From an uncultured Poribacteria bacterium (GTDB lineage: Bacteria; Poribacteria; WGA-4E; WGA-3G): a stretch of DNA of 64,000 nt. The notes beneath the pieces were generated by a model. The model saw nothing but the letters and a program-made list of their open reading frames with translations. It searched no databases and had not been told where the DNA came from. The stretch spans positions 4,384,001 to 4,448,000 of the forward strand of contig OX638351.1 of NCBI GenBank assembly GCA_951813565.1. Direction: 5' to 3'. A program made the translations under genes and the position numbers. This document shows, in pieces, positions 57,686-64,000 of this stretch. The stretch's first letter is position 1. The number at the start of each line of letters is the position of its first letter.

Positions 57686-59224
57686 ATGTTAAAATTAAAG
57701 TCTTCTCTTGCATTAAATTATACATCAACAAAAATTTTAGATTTCGCGACTTATATCGGATTTTTAATTTTTGTCCTATCGCTTCCATTCGGTTATTCAA
57801 CCGTATTTCTAAATATAGGGATGTCGCTTGTTCTGCTTGGATGGGTGGGACGTATGATCTCAGAGCGGAAACTCAATTGGCATCGGACACCGCTTGACGT
57901 TCCCATCGCACTATTCTTAGGGTTAGCATTAGTTGCCTCACTATTTGCCCCGCATTTTGCAAGCAGTAGTTTCGGCTATTTTTGGAAGCTGCTTCGAGCG
58001 ATACTACTCTTTTATGCTGTAATTCATAGCCGCTTAGGTATACGATGGCGTCATATTATCATAGCGTTTTTTGTTGCAGCGGCGATCTGTTCTACATTTG
58101 GAATCTGGTACTACGCCAACGATACACGTTTAGCGCTCGATTTTATGGGACGAGTCGGGTTAGAATTTCAGGAAGAGTTCTCCGCTGGCAAGGGGTTCTC
58201 AGACGATTTGCGCGCTGAATTGCGACGAATCAATGTTCCACTTTCCCAGAGTGCCTTGATTTCTTCAGCAAATACCCAAAGTGAATGGCGCGTTGATGAT
58301 TCAGTAAGGGACAGACGTTATGTAGTCCGTAAGGACGAAAAACATCTCATGGTTTACATGATTGAACAGCGACTCGCAGGTACTTTCAAGATGCCGAATG
58401 ACCTTGGTGCCTACCTTGCATTAAGCCTTCCGTTTGTGATAGGATACTTTGTGGTAAGTTGGCAATCTCTGCGAAAACAGAAGCGAACAATGTGGATAAT
58501 TGCTGCACTCAGTGCTGTTGTTTTCGTAATGACAGTGAATTTGATGCTAACCCTTACACGCGCTGCTTGGGTGAGTGTTGCAATAGCGGCAATTTGCATC
58601 GGTTTCTACGTCGTTGTGAAGATGCTATCGGCACTTAAATCTGTAGGCAATATGTGGAAGTTTGTGTCGATAGGGACGGTTTTAATAATCTTGGTACTTG
58701 GTGTATCACTATTTCTGATGCCGCAGCATATCAAATCGCGCTTCCAAACGATAATAGAACAGCCAGTGGGTTTTATGGGAGAACGTCCGCAGTGGTGGCA
58801 AACCTCACTTGAACTCATTCAGAAATACCCATTTACAGGCATTGGGTTAGGTAGGTTTCGTTATGAGTACCAGTTAAACGGACCTGCTGAACAGTATAAT
58901 ATCCCTTTTCACGCGCATAACATCTATCTTCATATAGCCGTTGAACACGGCATTCCTTCCCTATTCCTGTTTTTGTGGATAATTGTAATCATCTGGAGAC
59001 AGATTTGGGCACTCCGTTCCACGATGGGGGTTGAAGAATATTTTTGGAACATGGGAGCATTTCTCGGTGGAAGTGGATTTCTAATCTCAGCACTAATTTA
59101 CGGATTAGCAGATAACATCCTACATCAGCGAACAGTTTTGCTTTTTTGGTTTATCATCGGCATAATATATTATATCCAACTACATAAGGACGAAATACAT
59201 GAAAAAAGACTTGAAACCGATTGA
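57686..59224 (+). CDS. O-antigen ligase/Wzy_C family membrane protein
   Basis: 'R..GTF..PN', 'TLTRAAW', 'P.TGIGLG.F', 'HAHN.YL...E.G'. Confidence 0.88.
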   Translation: MLKLKSSLALNYTSTKILDFATYIGFLIFVLSLPFGYSTVFLNIGMSLVLLGWVGRMISERKLNWHRTPLDVPIALFLGLALVASLFAPHFASSSFGYFWKLLRAILLFYAVIHSRLGIRWRHIIIAFFVAAAICSTFGIWYYANDTRLALDFMGRVGLEFQEEFSAGKGFSDDLRAELRRINVPLSQSALISSANTQSEWRVDDSVRDRRYVVRKDEKHLMVYMIEQRLAGTFKMPNDLGAYLALSLPFVIGYFVVSWQSLRKQKRTMWIIAALSAVVFVMTVNLMLTLTRAAWVSVAIAAICIGFYVVVKMLSALKSVGNMWKFVSIGTVLIILVLGVSLFLMPQHIKSRFQTIIEQPVGFMGERPQWWQTSLELIQKYPFTGIGLGRFRYEYQLNGPAEQYNIPFHAHNIYLHIAVEHGIPSLFLFLWIIVIIWRQIWALRSTMGVEEYFWNMGAFLGGSGFLISALIYGLADNILHQRTVLLFWFIIGIIYYIQLHKDEIHEKRLETD

Positions 59225-60146
59225 CATGTCTTCCGTGACAACTTATCCGCTACAGGATCGTATCAACAAAGTATCTGTCAACGATTTTGCGACACTGGCA
59301 GACTCAGAGATGGATATATCCCCCTTTTTGCAATCTCTCCCTAAGATTCTTAAGGGACAAGATTTTTTAGAACTCATTGATAAAATCGTTACTGCATATC
59401 GACGTAAAAAGGCAGTTATTGTCATGATGGGAGGACATGTCATCAAATGTGGTTTATCGCCACTTTTAATTGCACTTGCGAAACAGGGGATAATCACCGG
59501 TTTCGTCTTTAATGGCGCAAGTAGTATTCACGATTTTGAGATCGCCCTCATCGGTGAAACCTCTGAAGATGTCTCTGCATATCTACAAACAGGGCAATTC
59601 GGGATGTGGGAAGAAACAGGAAGATTAATGAATAATGCGATACAAAATGCTGCTAATACAGGCATCGGTATGGGCGAAGCATTGGGCAAACTATTGATAG
59701 AAATGGACGCACCGCACAACGCGTATAGCCTCCTTGCTGCAGGAATTCAACATGATATTCCGATTACTGTTCATGTCGCTATCGGTACGGACATCATTCA
59801 CCAGCATCCATCAGCGAACGGTGCTGCCATTGGAGAGGCGAGTTTTACAGATTTTCGTTTGCTGACACAACTTGTGACGCAGTTAGAAGATGGGGGTGTT
59901 GTTCTAAACTTCGGCTCGGCAGTAATTTTGCCAGAAGTGTTTCTGAAAGCGTTGACGATCGCTCGGAATTTGGGGCATACGGTATCTCATTTCACTGCTG
60001 CCGACTTTGACATGAATCAACAATATCGTCCCTTAGAAAATGTTGTCAAACGTCCGACTGAAATGGGGGGAAAAGGTTGGACTTTTACGGGACATCATGA
60101 ATTGATGATTCCGCTTTTGGTGCAGGGGATTAAGTCACGCTTGTAA
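59199..60146 (+). CDS. Conserved protein with a deoxyhypusine-synthase-like fold
   Basis: 'GGHVIKCG', 'HDFE.A..G.TSEDV', 'IGTDI.H.HP', 'GSAV.LPEVFLKA', 'GHHE'. Confidence 0.7.
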   Translation: MKKDLKPIDMSSVTTYPLQDRINKVSVNDFATLADSEMDISPFLQSLPKILKGQDFLELIDKIVTAYRRKKAVIVMMGGHVIKCGLSPLLIALAKQGIITGFVFNGASSIHDFEIALIGETSEDVSAYLQTGQFGMWEETGRLMNNAIQNAANTGIGMGEALGKLLIEMDAPHNAYSLLAAGIQHDIPITVHVAIGTDIIHQHPSANGAAIGEASFTDFRLLTQLVTQLEDGGVVLNFGSAVILPEVFLKALTIARNLGHTVSHFTAADFDMNQQYRPLENVVKRPTEMGGKGWTFTGHHELMIPLLVQGIKSRL

Positions 60147-60578
60147 TTTGTTAGGCGCGATATATAAGAAAATACTGTCTCGCCTATTGTGTCACGTATG
60201 GCATTCACCGCCTACCGGTCAATGTCCGAGGCGCAATGAATTGCGCGACTACAAACGCCGCAAACGGTAATAAATGTCCACTTAATTTTATAATTCACTA
60301 TAATATGCTAAGATTTAATCTCAACTTGTCTCATTAATTGATATTTCTGTACTTCTACAATTTGATTTGTATTTTGAAGGTTCATCATAGTGAATCAACT
60401 TAGAATACATGTATGGTATTCAGTGTAGCGCGCCAATTCGTGACTTTTCCTGCAAACATCTAAATTACTGAAAACTAAATAATTTAATGATATTCTACCG
60501 TAGCGCATTTTCAATTAATTTTTGGTTTAACACTTGCATTTTGTTCTGTTTTATCATATAATTTGTGTAAGAGTGCCA

Positions 60579-61496
60579 ATGAAGATAGATAAATTCACGA
60601 ATCAACGTCAAATGTGCATACGGCATTTGTCGGATTTTAACCTGAAATATACCTTAGAATCTGGACAGTCGTTCCGATGGAACCGGGTGGACGATTCGTA
60701 TTATGGTGTCGTTGAGGGACGGATACTCAAAATCCTGCAAAGGGGCAATACCTTAATTATAGATAGTTCGCAATACGAAGACGAGGCAATTTTCACATCG
60801 CACTTGTCTCATTATCTTGACTTACACCGGGAGTTGGCATCAATATTAGCAGTTGTGAACGTTGATGCTTACATTGATCGTGCAATTAATCAGTTCTGGG
60901 GCATGCGTATTCTAAATCAGGAATTATGGGAAACCATAGCATCGTTTATCTTATCACAAAACAACAACATGGGGCGAATCCGCAGCATTATCCGATCACT
61001 ATCAGAACGTTTCGGCCAGAGGTTGGAGTTTGAGGGGTACGTGGATTACACTTTTCCATTGCCGCAAACACTTGCGGATGTTGGTGTTGATGAAATTTTT
61101 GCTTGTGGTACCGGATACCGTGCAAATTACCTCTGGAATGCCGCGAATAACATTGCCAATGGCGAACTTGTACTTGATGCGTTAAAACAGGTGGACTACC
61201 CTGACGCAAAACACGAATTGATGAAATTGGAAGGTATTGGCGAAAAGGTCGCTGATTGTATCTGCCTTTTTTCTCTTGGTCACCTTGCAGCATTGCCTGT
61301 TGATGTTTGGATAAAGCGGATTTTTGAGACAATATATCTTCGCAGGCGCGCGACACTACGCGAAATTCAAGAATTTGCCAAAAGCTATTTTGGGGAATTC
61401 GTAGGATATGCCCAACAGTATTTATTTCACTACGCGCAAAACCATCCAAAGTGGGCGGATGCTGAACATCTGGCATTGCGCGACAAGAAAAAGTAA
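60579..61496 (+). CDS. ogg: 8-oxoguanine DNA glycosylase (HhH-GPD)
   Basis: 'TLESGQSFRW', 'SQNNN', 'GYRA', 'GIGEKVADCI.LF', 'PVDVW', 'GYAQQYLF'. Confidence 0.9.
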   Translation: MKIDKFTNQRQMCIRHLSDFNLKYTLESGQSFRWNRVDDSYYGVVEGRILKILQRGNTLIIDSSQYEDEAIFTSHLSHYLDLHRELASILAVVNVDAYIDRAINQFWGMRILNQELWETIASFILSQNNNMGRIRSIIRSLSERFGQRLEFEGYVDYTFPLPQTLADVGVDEIFACGTGYRANYLWNAANNIANGELVLDALKQVDYPDAKHELMKLEGIGEKVADCICLFSLGHLAALPVDVWIKRIFETIYLRRRATLREIQEFAKSYFGEFVGYAQQYLFHYAQNHPKWADAEHLALRDKKK

Positions 61497-61636
61497 TATT
61501 AATTTTGTATTTTGCAGTAAAGTTATCTCATCAATCACCATAGTCAACAATTCATTGATGTAACTCCGATGTAAGTTGGCTTGAACGGGTGAAACTCAAC
61601 AAATCGTTTTTTGCGAACGCTGTAAATAGCGGAATT

Positions 61637-61796
61637 TATAGTGAACTTTGAAATTATTGGGACACTTTGATAAACTTGTCTTGGAAAGATAATGGACAAT
61701 AGAAGTTGTAGCACAACCTTTTAGTTTGTGCCTTATGAGACGCAAACTAAAAGGTTGCGCTACAGAAGTGTCCCATTAATTATAGGTTTTACTATA
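61637..61796. mobile_element. MITE with a 31-bp imperfect TIR enclosing a long GTAG...CTAC hairpin
   Basis: TATAGTGAACTTTGAAATTATTGGGACACTT versus the reverse complement of the right end, TATAGTAAAACCTATAATTAATGGGACACTT; internal hairpin about 61707-61764. Confidence 0.65.
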
Positions 61797-61820
61797 GTAA
61801 AATATCTTTAGGAGGATTGT

Positions 61821-62183
61821 ATGACTGAAGCAACAGGGAAAAACGTGGTATCTCTTTTAGAAGAACATGTGGACCTTGCTATATCGACTGTTAAAAAATT
61901 AAGAGATGAAAAACTTGAACTTGAAGCAGAAATTGCGCGGCTTAACAGTGATGTGTTGCAACGTAACGCAAAAATTCAAGAGTTGGAAAATCTTAATAGT
62001 GACTTACGAGAAGCATCTGAACTTGCACGGTTAGCCACTGAAGAGGAACGTGCTGGAATCCGACAGCAGCTTGAAGGACTAATGGCGGGCCTCGTTGAAC
62101 CAGATGTAACATCAGAAGCTACTGATGCAACAGCAAGCAATTCTGAAGATGAGGTGCTGTTTAAAGCTCAAAGTAAAGAATAA
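61821..62183 (+). CDS. Coiled-coil protein, ZapB-like
   Basis: AGGAGG RBS; 'LEEHVDLAISTVKKLRDEKLELE...ERAGIRQQLEGL'. Confidence 0.6.
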   Translation: MTEATGKNVVSLLEEHVDLAISTVKKLRDEKLELEAEIARLNSDVLQRNAKIQELENLNSDLREASELARLATEEERAGIRQQLEGLMAGLVEPDVTSEATDATASNSEDEVLFKAQSKE

Positions 62184-62201
62184 TATTCTGAAGTCAAACC
62201 G

Positions 62202-63332
62202 TTGCATGTCTTAGTTCTTTCGCATTCTTATATAATGAAACCTTACCGGAGGAAGTTCAATCTCATTGCAGCAAATCCGGATGTCACAATGCGTGTTCTC
62301 ACGCCTGACCGTTGGCACGAAAGTTTTCAGGAGATAAGTTTTGCCCCTGATTCTGACGTTCACTGTGAAGAGATACCTTGTCCCATAAGGTTTTCTGGTT
62401 ATGGCAGCCGTTTTTTTTATCGTCGAGGCATAACACAACACTTTAAGGGCTTTCAACCTGATATTATCCATCTTGAAGAAGAAGCGTGGAGTCTTAATGC
62501 GTTGCAGACGGTGCGGCTGAAACGGAAGTTTTGTCCAAATAGCCGCTTCATTTTTCGTACTTCACTTAGCATACCGTCTAAGCAGCGTTTTGGTCCCTTA
62601 CCTGTTTGGATTGAAAAACAAGTTTTCCGTGAAACTGACATTGCTTTTCCGCTCAGTGAAAATGCTGGCAAAATATTAAAGCAACGGGGATATGGTGGCA
62701 CACAGATTCCGTTTCCAAACGGTGTAGACATTTCGCTATTTAAAAAACGGAACGTGAGTCAATTAAAAACATCTCTTGGACTTACTGACAACTTTGTTAT
62801 TGGTTATGTCGGTAGGTTGATTCAAATGAAGGGTGTTGATGCGCTCATTGAAGCGGCAGCGATGCTTAACTTTCCGTTCAAACTTTTAATTGTTGGACGT
62901 GGTGAGGATAAGTCAAAATTCCAAGAAATCGCCGCAACGCATCAAATCACAGACAAAATTGTTTGGATAGATGCTGTTCCCCCTGAAGAAGTTCCCGACT
63001 ATCTCAACTGTATGGACACACTGGTTTTACCTTCCCGTACCACAGCGGATTGGGTAGAATTTTTCGGTAGAGTGCTTATTGAAGGAATGGCATGCGAGGT
63101 GCCGGTTATCGGGTCAGATTCGGGGGAAATCCCTCAGGTGATTGAAGATGCTGGTTTGGTCTTTCCAGAAGGAGATGCCGCAGCTTTAGCAGAAAAGATA
63201 AACCAGATTGCATCTGATCCAACACTTTGTCAAACCCTCCAAAAACGTGGTCTGGTAAGGGTGCAAAACTTCACGTGGGAGACTATCGCCCAACGCACTT
63301 ATGGGGTATATCAGCAACTGTTAGCAGAGTAG
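62202..63332 (+). CDS. Glycosyltransferase family 4
   Basis: 'PNGVD', 'VGRL..MKG', 'EFFGRVLIEGMACEVPV'. Confidence 0.92.
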   Translation: MHVLVLSHSYIMKPYRRKFNLIAANPDVTMRVLTPDRWHESFQEISFAPDSDVHCEEIPCPIRFSGYGSRFFYRRGITQHFKGFQPDIIHLEEEAWSLNALQTVRLKRKFCPNSRFIFRTSLSIPSKQRFGPLPVWIEKQVFRETDIAFPLSENAGKILKQRGYGGTQIPFPNGVDISLFKKRNVSQLKTSLGLTDNFVIGYVGRLIQMKGVDALIEAAAMLNFPFKLLIVGRGEDKSKFQEIAATHQITDKIVWIDAVPPEEVPDYLNCMDTLVLPSRTTADWVEFFGRVLIEGMACEVPVIGSDSGEIPQVIEDAGLVFPEGDAAALAEKINQIASDPTLCQTLQKRGLVRVQNFTWETIAQRTYGVYQQLLAE

Positions 63333-63562
63333 ATTTAAGAATTGCCTGAACACTTTACACCAGCGAGGTTAGGAAACCTCCAAATCAACGGTATGAATGC
63401 CATTTAGGCATTCCCCGCCTACCGGTGAATGTCCGAGGCGCGATGAATTGCGCGACTACAAACGCTGTAAACCCAGATGGCGGATGTGTAAAGTATGGCA
63501 CTATCTATGATGTCATACAAAATAATTATTAACCACATCAGATAATTACCTGCGGAGGAAAA

Positions 63563-64000
63563 ATGGAATTAAATCAAACAACCCTTAAGAATGAAATCGC
63601 TCACTTGGAAGCAGAAGTTATGGACAAACAAAAAAGACTAAGGGATCTTAGAAGGCAGCTTTCACCAGAAGAAGTACCTGACTACGTTTTAAAGGGAGTA
63701 AATGGAAAAAAGGTAAAACTTTCTGAGATGTTTGATGACAAAGAAGATTTGATTATCATTCATAATATGGGTAACAGTTGTTCTTACTGTACCCTGTGGG
63801 CAGATGGCTTTAATGGTATGCTTCAACATCTGGAAAACCTTGCAGCATTTGTTGTAGTATCGCCAGATCCGCCTGATATACAGGCCGCATTTGCTCAGAA
63901 AAGAGGGTGGCAATTTATGATGTATTCCAGTGAGGAGTCAACTTTTACTGAAGATATGGGTTTCAAGGATGAAGAAGGTTGCCTACCGGGTGTTTCAACT
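63563..64000 (+). CDS. DUF899 thioredoxin-like protein (3'-truncated; not in the ORF track)
   Basis: GGAGG RBS; MELNQ...LSEMFDDKEDLIIIHNMGNSCSYCTLWADGFNG...KRGW; frame open to the window end. Confidence 0.85.
   Translation, partial: MELNQTTLKNEIAHLEAEVMDKQKRLRDLRRQLSPEEVPDYVLKGVNGKKVKLSEMFDDKEDLIIIHNMGNSCSYCTLWADGFNGMLQHLENLAAFVVVSPDPPDIQAAFAQKRGWQFMMYSSEESTFTEDMGFKDEEGCLPGVST

Noticed and set aside
57523..57897. 124-aa ORF between res and the O-antigen ligase
   Set aside because: It overlaps the ligase out of frame, has no RBS, and has a non-protein-like composition.

Overview
AT-rich bacterial chromosomal window, probably Candidatus Poribacteria or a relative. This is inferred from the LamG protein with a C-terminal 'KLTTTWARIK' motif, an LRR protein with an 'ETWIPYHL...WDGKN' tail, and PhyH, sulfatase and FGE-sialidase genes. 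It holds about 50 CDSs and one tRNA-Leu(CAG). Housekeeping and envelope genes include an ECF sigma/anti-sigma/HtrA trio, metG, ugd, a MurJ-like flippase, an AddB-like nuclease and an ogg-like glycosylase. Highlights: (1) A 10.5-kb defence island (46.9-57.4 kb). A C5 DNA methyltransferase is translationally coupled to a MORC/GHKL-ATPase-histidine-kinase hybrid and a receiver-domain protein, with no cognate restriction enzyme. It is followed by a type III R-M system whose mod gene is split by an IS630 element. (2) An ElbD-like FAR-adenylation-ACP-acyltransferase enzyme plus a HAD hydrolase, a candidate for ether-lipid synthesis, with a degenerate adenylation site. (3) A di-heme CX4CH cytochrome c lipoprotein with a 54-aa poly-Asp tail. 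(4) Intergenic DNA built from nested repeats: GTAG-type REPs, at least five MITE families, and a ~34-nt covarying hairpin unit ending in CGTTGATT. This unit is inserted into REPs and into copies of itself, and both empty and filled sites are visible in the window. Product calls come from motif recognition only; no database searches were run.
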